Shown in pieces: positions 29,765-38,965 of a stretch of 64,000 nt of DNA (position 1 is the first letter of the stretch; each line of letters begins with the position of its first letter). The position numbers and the translations under genes were made by a program. The notes beneath the pieces are model-generated. The model ran no database searches. It was not told the origin of the DNA and worked only from the letters and a program-made list of their open reading frames with translations. The stretch is from a virus. Its lineage: Duplodnaviria; Caudoviricetes. The stretch lies in the IMG/VR virus record IMGVR_UViG_3300034062_005355. One strand, given 5' to 3'.

Positions 29765-30519
29765 AAAATTATAAAATCTTTTATTCTTTTTTTAAGAAAA
29801 TCATAATCCTGAAGTGGGTTGGTTATTTCAATAGACCAATCCACTTTTTTTATGTCCTGTTCTAACCAAGACATATCGAAGTCAAATACATCAAGAATTG
29901 CTGAAGTTAATACCATATCAACATCATTCAATTTAGTTTTAACTAAAAATAATTGGTCACCAGACTCGTCTTTTTTGGTTGACATTTCAAATACCAATGT
30001 GGATACAGGGTATAATGATGGTATATTGTAGAATATGTGTTTACCATAATAATATAATAATCTACCTTGATTCAATGAATATCCATGGGGAAATTCAGAA
30101 CAAAAAATTAAATTGTTGCTTTCAGTTATAGGTTTTAGAAAATGTCGGTAATCATATGAAACTGTAGAATCTTCTTCAAATGATTTTATTTGTGAGTTGT
30201 GATAAGAACAATTGTTAGTATTATGATATGCAAAGGTTAATGATTCTGATGGTTTTAACTTTGAATCATACTCAATTAAATCTATTATATGTGTAAGTTT
30301 TACCTCACCAATTAAATCTTCAAATTTTATGATAAATTCATCTTTAAGTTTACCGATGTTTAACGGTTCGTTATATGTTGTTTTACCTTTAATAACGTAA
30401 AAGTTAAAACAATCAACAACTTGAATTATACTCTCTTCTTCTTTAGGTATTTGGTTTAAAATGAAATCTGCGAACAAATTTACAAGGGATAATCTACTAA
30501 CAGGTGACTTTAATATCAT
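29761..30519 (-). CDS. hypothetical protein with degenerate S-adenosylmethionine synthetase-like segments
   Basis: ORF is clear; by-eye similarity to MetK N- and C-domains (see finding); catalytic motifs absent. Confidence 0.45.
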   Translation of the reverse strand: MILKSPVSRLSLVNLFADFILNQIPKEEESIIQVVDCFNFYVIKGKTTYNEPLNIGKLKDEFIIKFEDLIGEVKLTHIIDLIEYDSKLKPSESLTFAYHNTNNCSYHNSQIKSFEEDSTVSYDYRHFLKPITESNNLIFCSEFPHGYSLNQGRLLYYYGKHIFYNIPSLYPVSTLVFEMSTKKDESGDQLFLVKTKLNDVDMVLTSAILDVFDFDMSWLEQDIKKVDWSIEITNPLQDYDFLKKRIKDFIIF

Positions 30520-30636
30520 TAGTTTTAGTTTTTAATATTTATTGTTTTACTAATTATAATAAATTTAATTGTAAAAACAAATAAGTTTTTTAAGATAAAG
30601 GAACTATTGGGTGTTTACTTGAAGAAATTATAAAAG

Positions 30637-30661
30637 AAAAGGGACTAATTTAAGTCCCTTT
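30637..30661 (-). terminator. intrinsic terminator
   Basis: AAAGGGACT-AATTTA-AGTCCCTTT; T run on the minus strand. Confidence 0.75.
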
Positions 30662-31492
30662 ATTTATTATATCTTTTATCTCATCTACGGAATCGTATAA
30701 CATTTTTAGAAATCTTGGCCACATATCAGGATTAAATTTCTTAATTGTATTGATTAAGATTAAATAATATGGTTCTTTATTATTCATAAATTCACTTGTT
30801 TCAGGATATTCAGTTGAAATATTTGCTAATAAGTTTGCAATTCTTGTATCTTCTAAACCTTCATCACTTATTCTATTAATAACATCTAAAGATAATCTTG
30901 ATAAAGGTTCACTTTTAGCGAAATAGTTAAGGATATTGTTTAGTGATTTTAAAAGTAATTGCCTGTTTTCAACTTTAATTACCCCATCATTTCTTCTTCT
31001 AAACTCATTAACTAAACCTTCTAAAAATTCATTTGTGACGGATCTAAATTCAACAGGATGACCCCAATATTTCTCATCAACTGTAGGGTCATAATCTTTC
31101 CAATATTTGTCATTAGACCTTGTAGTAAAGTTTGGGTCGGTTGCATGCATTAATTCATGGTATAGGGTTAAAAATAAATTCTTTTTTGAACCAAATAGTT
31201 TTGGATTAAGTTGCATTACAAACTTTTGAGGGTTTCTTGTTGTTTTTGGGTTTAAATCCATTTGACCGTAATTTTTATATCTTGGATTTAAAAATATTCT
31301 AACTTTACCTTCACTACCATCTGCGGTTATGAATTCCATTTGGTCTACCTCAATCTTTCTTGGGATTTCTTTACTACGTAAAGTCCATAATCTATCAGTT
31401 AACTCCAATAGTTTGGTATAGTCTTCAGGTGACAATTTATATCTTTTTTGTTCAGATATAACGTTTGATAGTATGTTTATAAACTTAATCAT
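30650..31492 (-). CDS. putative virion protein with HExxH metallopeptidase motif
   Basis: MIKFINILSNVISE leader; LYHELMHATD ... HPVEF. Confidence 0.6.
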   Translation of the reverse strand: MIKFINILSNVISEQKRYKLSPEDYTKLLELTDRLWTLRSKEIPRKIEVDQMEFITADGSEGKVRIFLNPRYKNYGQMDLNPKTTRNPQKFVMQLNPKLFGSKKNLFLTLYHELMHATDPNFTTRSNDKYWKDYDPTVDEKYWGHPVEFRSVTNEFLEGLVNEFRRRNDGVIKVENRQLLLKSLNNILNYFAKSEPLSRLSLDVINRISDEGLEDTRIANLLANISTEYPETSEFMNNKEPYYLILINTIKKFNPDMWPRFLKMLYDSVDEIKDIINKGT

Positions 31493-31498
31493 TCTATG

Positions 31499-32500
31499 TT
31501 AAATATAATCTCTGAAGTACATGTTGATGTTTTTATCAACTTTTCTTGAATCGGGATAATCAGGAGGGTAAACAGATAAACAATCCATACCATCTTTTAA
31601 TAAACTCAAATAAGAACCCCAATATTCCAATGTACCACGATTATACCCTTTATTATCACCTAAATAATCGGTAATATAACTTTCAAAGTTATGTATTGGT
31701 GTTCTAAATTTTTGAACTTCAGTATCTTTTTTGTATATATGTGGTCTTGTTACCCATTCACCTTTTCCAAAGTAAGTTAAAAGTTCGCTCCAAACATCTT
31801 CATATAATTCTTCTTCATATGCGTTATTGTAAGCCGAACCATAGATACTATATAACTCACCTTTTAATTCATCAAGTTCGTTATCCATTAGTTCATTCAT
31901 GGTCTCTGAATTATCAACCACTTGGTCTATATTTGATTGGTCAATAATAACATATTCAGGATGACCCTGTTGTTGGGCGTAATCTTCAAGTAAATCGGTA
32001 TGTACTCCAATTTGTTTACCTTCTAACGATTTAATAATATATTCTTTTAGGCGTAATAAGTTTTCTTTAGTTAGTTCTTCAATTACGTCACGATAAAGAT
32101 TGTCAGTTAAATCATAAGAACCCCAACCATAGGAATGACTATCATACTCACCACTTAATAGTGACTCAACCGTATCTTTTGAAAGGTCGTTTCTATTTCC
32201 ACTACAAAATAATTCGGCAAGGTCTCCCTGATTGTCAATAACCAAATATACTTCACCATTAACTAATTCAACATCACCTAAATACTTTAAGACATATTTC
32301 AAAAACTTCTCATTATTGGTTTCATAATAAAATAATAATAACTCATTTTGGTATTCTTCCGCAAATCTTCCTTCAGGGTCTAATTCATCTAATAACCCTC
32401 TCTTATTGACAATCTTAAGGAATGTTTCAATGTCGTTGATATACTTGATAAAATCAGTATCACCTTCATTAAACATTTCAATTAACTCATTAATATTCAT
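31499..32500 (-). CDS. acidic hypothetical protein
   Basis: ATG at 32500 (MNINELIEMFNEG); C-terminal part resembles the acidic tail of 33424..35181. Confidence 0.75.
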   Translation of the reverse strand: MNINELIEMFNEGDTDFIKYINDIETFLKIVNKRGLLDELDPEGRFAEEYQNELLLFYYETNNEKFLKYVLKYLGDVELVNGEVYLVIDNQGDLAELFCSGNRNDLSKDTVESLLSGEYDSHSYGWGSYDLTDNLYRDVIEELTKENLLRLKEYIIKSLEGKQIGVHTDLLEDYAQQQGHPEYVIIDQSNIDQVVDNSETMNELMDNELDELKGELYSIYGSAYNNAYEEELYEDVWSELLTYFGKGEWVTRPHIYKKDTEVQKFRTPIHNFESYITDYLGDNKGYNRGTLEYWGSYLSLLKDGMDCLSVYPPDYPDSRKVDKNINMYFRDYI

Positions 32501-32513
32501 AATATATAAATAC

Positions 32514-32541
32514 AAAAAAAGGGGTAAAATTTTACCCCTTT
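32514..32541 (-). terminator. intrinsic terminator (perfect 24-bp palindrome)
   Basis: AAAGGGGTAAAATTTTACCCCTTT at 32518-32541 with a minus-strand T run. Confidence 0.75.
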
Positions 32542-32566
32542 CATAATTTTGTTAAATGTAAGACAA

Positions 32567-32731
32567 TTAGTTACTTGTCTTGTTCACATTGTAGTACTTT
32601 TCAATAGTCTTTTTGATTGCACTTTTAACACTTTCTGTTGTTTGTTGTTTCTGTGCTTGTGCTGCTTGTACTTGTTGAACAGTAGGCTGTTGTGATTCGT
32701 TTCCTTTATTTTTGCATCCGCATCCTGACAT
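32567..32731 (-). CDS. small MSGCGC protein (54 aa; not in ORF track)
   Basis: Hand-translated MSGCGCKNKGNESQQPTVQQVQAAQAQKQQTTESVKSAIKKTIEKYYNVNKTSN*. Confidence 0.7.
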   Translation of the reverse strand: MSGCGCKNKGNESQQPTVQQVQAAQAQKQQTTESVKSAIKKTIEKYYNVNKTSN

Positions 32732-32749
32732 AATTTTTATTTTTTAATT

Positions 32750-33337
32750 TTAGTTTATTAGTTTAAAGTTATGTTTATAAATAGTTTTTCTTATGGAACC
32801 ATTATAACCATTGTTTACTTTTACCCCTCTTAATGCCGATGATAATTTAACTCTAACATAAGATGGATTACCTTTTGCAAATCCAGTTTCTATTAAATAA
32901 TTTGCACCATCAACCAAAGTTTCAAATATAAATTCTTCATTAGTTTCAAGATTTGTTAATGAAAATTTATTTATATTCCCATTCTTATTTAAATTATATT
33001 TTGATAATTTAATTTTCACTTCATCATTAAATGTGTTTCGTCTAAATTCGTTTACCGATGCTAAATTATAACCATTTTTAAGATTATTAGATTCATATAG
33101 TGTAATAAATTTATTTTCAGTTTCAATTAACTCACTAGGGTCACAATATTCAACAATTTCAAATATAAAAACACCTTTACCATATTTGTTATATGATTTT
33201 TGTAAATATTCATTATCGTGAATACCTTTATCCAACATCCAAAAATGTTTATATTCTCGGTTTGAAATATTAACACTACTACCAATGTAAACCTTGTTAT
33301 TAATGGTGTTAGTTATTTTGTAGATACCAGAATTCAT
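32750..33337 (-). CDS. GIY-YIG homing endonuclease
   Basis: SGIYKITN...KVYIGSS; H-N..LQ..YNKYG; GYN. Confidence 0.92.
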   Translation of the reverse strand: MNSGIYKITNTINNKVYIGSSVNISNREYKHFWMLDKGIHDNEYLQKSYNKYGKGVFIFEIVEYCDPSELIETENKFITLYESNNLKNGYNLASVNEFRRNTFNDEVKIKLSKYNLNKNGNINKFSLTNLETNEEFIFETLVDGANYLIETGFAKGNPSYVRVKLSSALRGVKVNNGYNGSIRKTIYKHNFKLIN

Positions 33338-33423
33338 AAAAATTGAAATTGTTCTTTCTTAATAATAAATACTATCTTTGATGAAATATAGATACAAAAG
33401 AATATTTATCAAATAAAAGTGTG

Positions 33424-35181
33424 ATGGATTTTTTAAAATTAATACAAGAAGGAAGAGTTGATGACTTTAAAGTCAAGTATTCTCAGAAATTTGGTGGGGA
33501 CAATGTAAATAAGATTATTGCGTCAGTTCCACAAAAATATTTGGATTGGGTTGGTAAGAACTTAGATGTTGTAAACTTTGACGAAACGTTCGGTAAAACT
33601 ACCGAGGCATTAAATAAGTTTGAAAAGATTTCAAGTAATTTACCTATAACTGATTTAAGTCAATACAAAAGTGTTGGTCAGTTATTGGGGGCGTTAAGTG
33701 AATATGATGGTAGACAAAGAAGAAATGTTAAGAAGGTTGAGGGTGGTAATGTTGTTTATGATGATGATAGGTTTTTTGTTGTTAATCCACTAACTCACGA
33801 GTCATCTTGTTATTATGGTCGGGGAACCAAATGGTGTACTACCGCTGAAACGGATACACATTTTAAAAGATATAATGAAGACGGTAAATTATTTTACATA
33901 ATAGATAAAACCCTCCCAACCAATGATCCTTTTTATAAGGTAGCACTTCTTAAAAAGTTCGATGGGGATAAAACCTATTATGATAGTAAAAATGAAACCA
34001 TTAAAAATGGGTGGATATTAAATACAAATAAATTAAATGAAATTTTAACATCAATTGACGAGTATCTTAATGCTGAATATGCCCAACAAATAAAAATATT
34101 CTCAGACAAAGAAGCCGCTAAAAAAGAAAGAGAAAGACTTGATAGATTGAGAATACAAAGAGTTCTTCAAGATAGAAGAGAAGAAGCGCAAGAAAGAAGA
34201 TTGGAAGGTGAGTGGGAGTTAGGTCCTGACTGCCCTGACGTAGGTTTGAGGGCACATGCATTACTCAATTCGTTAGCTTCAAATGACGATGTTGAGATTA
34301 TCACCAATGAAGATCGTGGTGAAATTGCCAGAATTGAAAATGAAATTCAAAGACTACAGACAGAATATGATAATGATGAAAATGTTAGACAAGATCTATT
34401 GGATGAGATAAGTGAATTGGAAGATACTTTGGAAGAACTAAAGACAAAAATTGATGTTTATAATATTGTCCCAACTGATGATTATTATGATACAACTGTT
34501 TTTGAAGTAATTGACGAACCAAATCTTGAAAATAATAGATACGCGGTGGGTGATGAAGATGAAATGCAATCAAGTGCATATGAATCTGTTGAGGAATTAA
34601 TTGACGATATTGGTTATAAAGGATTCAACGAAAATTTTGCAAAATATTATATTGATGAAGCTGAGGTTATTCGTTATGCTGAGGATTTGTTTGAGGACGA
34701 TGTTAGAGAAAACCCTGATTCATATATTAATGAAGATATGAGGATGTTATCGGATGACCAAGAAGATAGTATTAAACAATTGAGATTTAGAATATCTAAA
34801 GCTGAATCTATGATTAACCGATTTGAATCTGAAATGGATGGTGAGAATGATGATGATTTACAGGAAAGAATTGATGAGATGAATGAGGTAATTGAAGAAA
34901 TGAATGATGAGATTACAGATATTGAATCAGACCCTGAAGGAGACTTTCCTGAAGACGAAATTGAAAATGCAATTAAAAACAGACTTTATGATATCAAACG
35001 TGATGTAACAGGGTTTATGGAAGAATATGGATTGAATTGGGAAGATTATATTAATAGGAGGGAATTTATTGATGGTGTAATTGATGAGGATGGTTATGGT
35101 GTTACTTTAAATCGTTATGATGGAAGTGTTGATGATGTGAGAGTTCAAGACCAATTGTTTTATGTTATGAGAATTGATTGA
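33424..35181 (+). CDS. putative virion protein: PcfJ-like (WCT) domain + very acidic C-terminus
   Basis: MDFLKLIQEG leader; SCYYGRGTKWCTT paralogous to 26740..28056; D/E-rich coiled coils. Confidence 0.7.
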   Translation: MDFLKLIQEGRVDDFKVKYSQKFGGDNVNKIIASVPQKYLDWVGKNLDVVNFDETFGKTTEALNKFEKISSNLPITDLSQYKSVGQLLGALSEYDGRQRRNVKKVEGGNVVYDDDRFFVVNPLTHESSCYYGRGTKWCTTAETDTHFKRYNEDGKLFYIIDKTLPTNDPFYKVALLKKFDGDKTYYDSKNETIKNGWILNTNKLNEILTSIDEYLNAEYAQQIKIFSDKEAAKKERERLDRLRIQRVLQDRREEAQERRLEGEWELGPDCPDVGLRAHALLNSLASNDDVEIITNEDRGEIARIENEIQRLQTEYDNDENVRQDLLDEISELEDTLEELKTKIDVYNIVPTDDYYDTTVFEVIDEPNLENNRYAVGDEDEMQSSAYESVEELIDDIGYKGFNENFAKYYIDEAEVIRYAEDLFEDDVRENPDSYINEDMRMLSDDQEDSIKQLRFRISKAESMINRFESEMDGENDDDLQERIDEMNEVIEEMNDEITDIESDPEGDFPEDEIENAIKNRLYDIKRDVTGFMEEYGLNWEDYINRREFIDGVIDEDGYGVTLNRYDGSVDDVRVQDQLFYVMRID

Positions 35182-35211
35182 TTAGTATAAAATTTCAATT
35201 ATTATTCCTGT

Positions 35212-35988
35212 ATGGCGAGAAAAAAGAAAATGTCATTTAAATTGAATCCTGAGTGGATGTTAAAAGAACCATTGGATTTTGAATACAACAAGTACACCTT
35301 GTTGGACTATATACAGAAATGCGAAAAAAGCCTTGATAGGTTTGAAATATATCCTGATTTTATTGAATTGTCATTACACTTGGCAAACATGCAATCGTTA
35401 ACAAAAGAACATACCTTATTATTAACGAACAAGAAGTTCGAGTCATGTGATGATGAAATCATGTTGAAAGACTTATACCCAAAAAAACCTCGCCAACTTT
35501 CCGAAGAAGAAGAAAATGAGTTAACCAAAACAATTCAATATTCAAATAACAAATTATACGACACCTTTAATTTTGCCAAATCAATATGGAACTTAGCGTT
35601 TGATAGTGTTGAAATTTCTTTAAAAAAGAACAAAGGTTTTTTATCCTCAGGAATTGGTTATGTGTTCTATTACAGAAAAAAAGAAAACAAAGTATTTGTT
35701 TGGGAGTATCAAATAAAAAGAGACCGAAAACAACCAAATAGTAATAAAACAACTCTTAATTTAATATATGGGAATTCACCTGAAGACATAACATTATCTT
35801 CAATAATTGAAACCAATTCATCATTTGTTAAATCTAAAAATTATAAGACATTCCCTGTATTTGAAATGCAGTGTAATCAAGACTTTCCAATGGAACAGAC
35901 AATAGTTCCAATAATGAAAAGAAAAGTTATAGCATACATTTTTCAAATTCTTAATATTAGTAAAATAAAAAATTTTGACTCTGAGTAA
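35212..35988 (+). CDS. hypothetical protein
   Basis: 258-aa ORF. Confidence 0.75.
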   Translation: MARKKKMSFKLNPEWMLKEPLDFEYNKYTLLDYIQKCEKSLDRFEIYPDFIELSLHLANMQSLTKEHTLLLTNKKFESCDDEIMLKDLYPKKPRQLSEEEENELTKTIQYSNNKLYDTFNFAKSIWNLAFDSVEISLKKNKGFLSSGIGYVFYYRKKENKVFVWEYQIKRDRKQPNSNKTTLNLIYGNSPEDITLSSIIETNSSFVKSKNYKTFPVFEMQCNQDFPMEQTIVPIMKRKVIAYIFQILNISKIKNFDSE

Positions 35989-36011
35989 TATTTTTTTTAT
36001 AATTGGTTATC

Positions 36012-36197
36012 ATGGGATTTAATAAGAGATATATAAACCACCAAAATACCTTAATTGCTCTTCAATCCAACAGATTAAAGGAGTATTATGGAAAAACTGA
36101 TGCATTTATTTTCCAAGATTATGAAAGCGAAAAGATTTATGACTTATTTGTTGAAGGTAAAACAGAGAAAGAAATATTAAAAATTATTCAAAAATAA
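36012..36197 (+). CDS. hypothetical protein
   Basis: ATG at 36012; in operon. Confidence 0.6.
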   Translation: MGFNKRYINHQNTLIALQSNRLKEYYGKTDAFIFQDYESEKIYDLFVEGKTEKEILKIIQK

Positions 36198-36198
36198 T

Positions 36199-36387
36199 AT
36201 GGAACAAAAAATTATCAAAAACTTATTGGGTAAACTCAGGCAACCCATACATATCGATTACATATCGAAATACATCCTTAATCAATCAATGGATGATACC
36301 ATAAATTTAATTAATAAATTGGTTGAAGAAAATATTATAGAAGAATCAAAATACGCGAAGAATTATTATGTGGTTAAAAGTATATAA
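36199..36387 (+). CDS. hypothetical protein (possible winged helix)
   Basis: 62 aa. Confidence 0.6.
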   Translation: MEQKIIKNLLGKLRQPIHIDYISKYILNQSMDDTINLINKLVEENIIEESKYAKNYYVVKSI

Positions 36388-36395
36388 AAAATAAT

Positions 36396-36626
36396 ATGGA
36401 AGAAAAAGAAATGGTTAATCACCCAAGTCATTATGGGGGAGAAAGTAACCCATATGAGGTAATTAAAGTTATTGAGGTTTGGAACCTTGACTTTCACCTT
36501 GGTAATACTGTAAAGTATATTTCAAGAGCGGGAAAGAAAGGTACAGATAAAGAACTTCAAGATCTAAAAAAAGCATTATGGTACCTTGAAAGAAAAATAC
36601 AAAATTTAGAAAAAAATAAAATATGA
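36396..36626 (+). CDS. DUF3310 (SaV-like) protein
   Basis: VNHPSHYGG...GNTVKYISRAGKK...DLKKALWYL. Confidence 0.9.
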   Translation: MEEKEMVNHPSHYGGESNPYEVIKVIEVWNLDFHLGNTVKYISRAGKKGTDKELQDLKKALWYLERKIQNLEKNKI

Positions 36627-37486
36627 GAGAATTAGAAAATATTATTAACACCATAATCAATGGGGATTCCGTACAAGTTATGAAAGAAATTCCCGAATCG
36701 ACAATTGATTTGATAGTTACAAGCCCAAAATATAATGTGGGTATTGATTATGATAGTTGTGATGATAGGATGCCAATGTCTGATTATTGGGAATGGACAA
36801 AAGAATGGTTAACTGAATCTTTCCGACTTTTAAAGGATGATGGTAGGGTTGCTATAAACATTCCCTACGAAGTTAATGTTCAAGATAGAGGAGGTAGGGT
36901 TTTATTTATGGCTGAGTTTTGGTCAGTGATGAAATCTGTCGGGTTCCAATTCTATGGGTTAGTTGACCTTGATGAGAACTCACCACACAGAAGTAAGACT
37001 ACAGCTTGGGGTTCATGGATGTCACCAAGTAGCCCATACATTTATAACCCAAAAGAATGTGTAATATTAGCCTATAAGAAAGACCGTATTAAAAAAGTTA
37101 AAGGTGAACCACAATGGAAAGCTGAAATGGTTGATATGGAACAAGAAGATGGTACTGTAAAAACTAAAGCGGTTTATCAAGAAGAAGACAAGAAAGAATT
37201 TATGTCTTTGGTTTATGGTCAGTGGGAATATTTTGCGGACACAAAACAACAAACCAAAGCCACATTTTCAATGGATGTTCCAATAAAGGCCATTAAGATT
37301 CTTACTTATAAAAATGATATTGTTCTCGACCCATTCGCTGGCAGCGGAACTAGTTTGGTTGCTGCGGAAACCTTGGGTCGTAGATGGATTGGAATCGAAC
37401 TGAGTGAAAACTATACCAAAGTTGGACAAGAAAGGGTACAACATTTTATTGATTTAAATAAACAAACTAAAATAGAGTTTAAGTAA
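36623..37486 (+). CDS. site-specific DNA methyltransferase (N4-C/N6-A, beta class)
   Basis: GDSV, IVTSPKY catalytic motif before VLDPFAGSGT SAM motif. Confidence 0.9.
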   Translation: MRELENIINTIINGDSVQVMKEIPESTIDLIVTSPKYNVGIDYDSCDDRMPMSDYWEWTKEWLTESFRLLKDDGRVAINIPYEVNVQDRGGRVLFMAEFWSVMKSVGFQFYGLVDLDENSPHRSKTTAWGSWMSPSSPYIYNPKECVILAYKKDRIKKVKGEPQWKAEMVDMEQEDGTVKTKAVYQEEDKKEFMSLVYGQWEYFADTKQQTKATFSMDVPIKAIKILTYKNDIVLDPFAGSGTSLVAAETLGRRWIGIELSENYTKVGQERVQHFIDLNKQTKIEFK

Positions 37487-37510
37487 AAGGGTTTAACGAC
37501 CCTTTTTTTT
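37485..37510 (+). terminator. intrinsic terminator
   Basis: AAAAGGGT-TTAACG-ACCCTTTT plus T run. Confidence 0.8.
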
Positions 37511-37520
37511 GTTTTATGGA

Positions 37521-37528
37521 TATTTATA
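37521..37528 (+). promoter_or_regulatory. TATTTAT(A/T) putative late promoter; one example of a recurring class
   Basis: Also at 3454, 5714, 20431, 25620, 26715, 54124, 56542, 61541 (+) and 32505, 46644, 51072, 59747, 60675, 63195 (-), 3-17 nt before ATG. Confidence 0.65.
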
Positions 37529-37542
37529 ATTAAAACAAAAAA

Positions 37543-38574
37543 ATGAGTCAAATTATAATAACTGAAAAACAATTGGGACTTATCACCAATAAAGTTTTAA
37601 GTGAACAAAAATCCAAAAAAGGAACCATTAATGAATCTTTATTTAGTTTTGAAAATATTTTAATGGCTGCAGGGTTTGTTCCTGTTGTTGGAGAAATTGC
37701 TGATATTGCTTTAATATGTTACTACCTCTATAAAGGTGAAAAATTATACGCAGCGTTAATGTTAATAGCGTTAATCCCAACCGTTGGTGATTTTATTGCT
37801 AAACCGATTATTAAATTATTCAAAGGGAGTGGAGGAGGAGCTGCGGCCATGAAAGCAGGAGGTAAAACATTAACAGAATATTTGGCAAAAAACCCTCAAA
37901 TAGCTAAAAAGTTTAGTAGTTTAGGTAAATACGTTAAAGAACCTGCAGTTCAAAATACAGTTAAAGGAATTGAAAAAGTTAGTCCGGGGTTAGCGTCAAA
38001 ATTAAGAAGTGGTTTAGATATGATTACTGGTAATAAAGCTTTAAGTGGAATTAAGGCAGGTGGTAAAGAGGTTATCGCAGGCGGAAGTTTCAAAACAGGA
38101 TTAAAAGATTATTTCCAAGGACAAAGATTATCTAAGTATTTTGAAAAACGTGGTGTTCTACCTGAAACAGGCATTAAAAGATGGTGGTTGAATGTTGGAG
38201 CAAGACAAGATAGAAGAAATGCTTTTAGACAATTTATTGTGGCAAATAATTTATTAGCTTACTTTGGAATACCATCATTATCTACTTTTGAAAGAAAATT
38301 ATCAGATGATGCCGAATTTAGAAAAAAAGTTGCAGAAGACCCAAAAACAAGTGATTATATCGCACAAAACTTTGAAAAAGGAGATATGGTGACAAAACAA
38401 CAAACCCCTGAAACTACACCATCTAAAGAAGAAATTGACCAATACATTAAAAATAGGAACTCAGGTAACTCTGCAAGTTCATTGTTTAATATGGGAAGTA
38501 TTAATTTAAATAATAAAGACGGATTCTCAAATATTTTTACTACAATGTTTGGGGGTTCTCCACAAGTATCATAA
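37543..38574 (+). CDS. putative virion protein with pre-toxin TG-like segment
   Basis: MSQIIITEKQ leader; AGFVPVVGEIADIA...ALIPTVGDF. Confidence 0.6.
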   Translation: MSQIIITEKQLGLITNKVLSEQKSKKGTINESLFSFENILMAAGFVPVVGEIADIALICYYLYKGEKLYAALMLIALIPTVGDFIAKPIIKLFKGSGGGAAAMKAGGKTLTEYLAKNPQIAKKFSSLGKYVKEPAVQNTVKGIEKVSPGLASKLRSGLDMITGNKALSGIKAGGKEVIAGGSFKTGLKDYFQGQRLSKYFEKRGVLPETGIKRWWLNVGARQDRRNAFRQFIVANNLLAYFGIPSLSTFERKLSDDAEFRKKVAEDPKTSDYIAQNFEKGDMVTKQQTPETTPSKEEIDQYIKNRNSGNSASSLFNMGSINLNNKDGFSNIFTTMFGGSPQVS

Positions 38575-38596
38575 AACTAAGTATAATAGTAAAAAT

Positions 38597-38962
38597 ATGG
38601 CAAAGAAAATTATAAAATTAACTGAAGGTGATTTAATGAATATCGTTAAAAGAGTCATCCAAGAACAGGATGAAAATTACAAAATTAATATCGCAATCCA
38701 ATGTTTCTTAAATAAAAAAGGAATTAAAGATGATGCAGGACAATCATTAAAATTAGATGGTAGTATCGGTAATTTACCTAACTCTAAAAGTGCTCAAGCA
38801 ATTGCAAAATATCAATCAAGTATTGGTGTTGATAATGATGGAGTATGGGGTTACGAGACTAATACTAAGATGACACCAAAAGATAAAATGATATACAAAC
38901 AGTGTATTTCTGACCACGGAGACATAATTGATAAAGGAATGCATTTACTTGGAATTGACTAA
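38597..38962 (+). CDS. peptidoglycan-binding domain protein
   Basis: MAKKIIKLTEGDL leader; IQCFLNKKG...LDGSIG...AIAKYQ...DNDGVWGYET (PG_binding_1-like). Confidence 0.75.
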   Translation: MAKKIIKLTEGDLMNIVKRVIQEQDENYKINIAIQCFLNKKGIKDDAGQSLKLDGSIGNLPNSKSAQAIAKYQSSIGVDNDGVWGYETNTKMTPKDKMIYKQCISDHGDIIDKGMHLLGID

Positions 38963-38965
38963 TTA

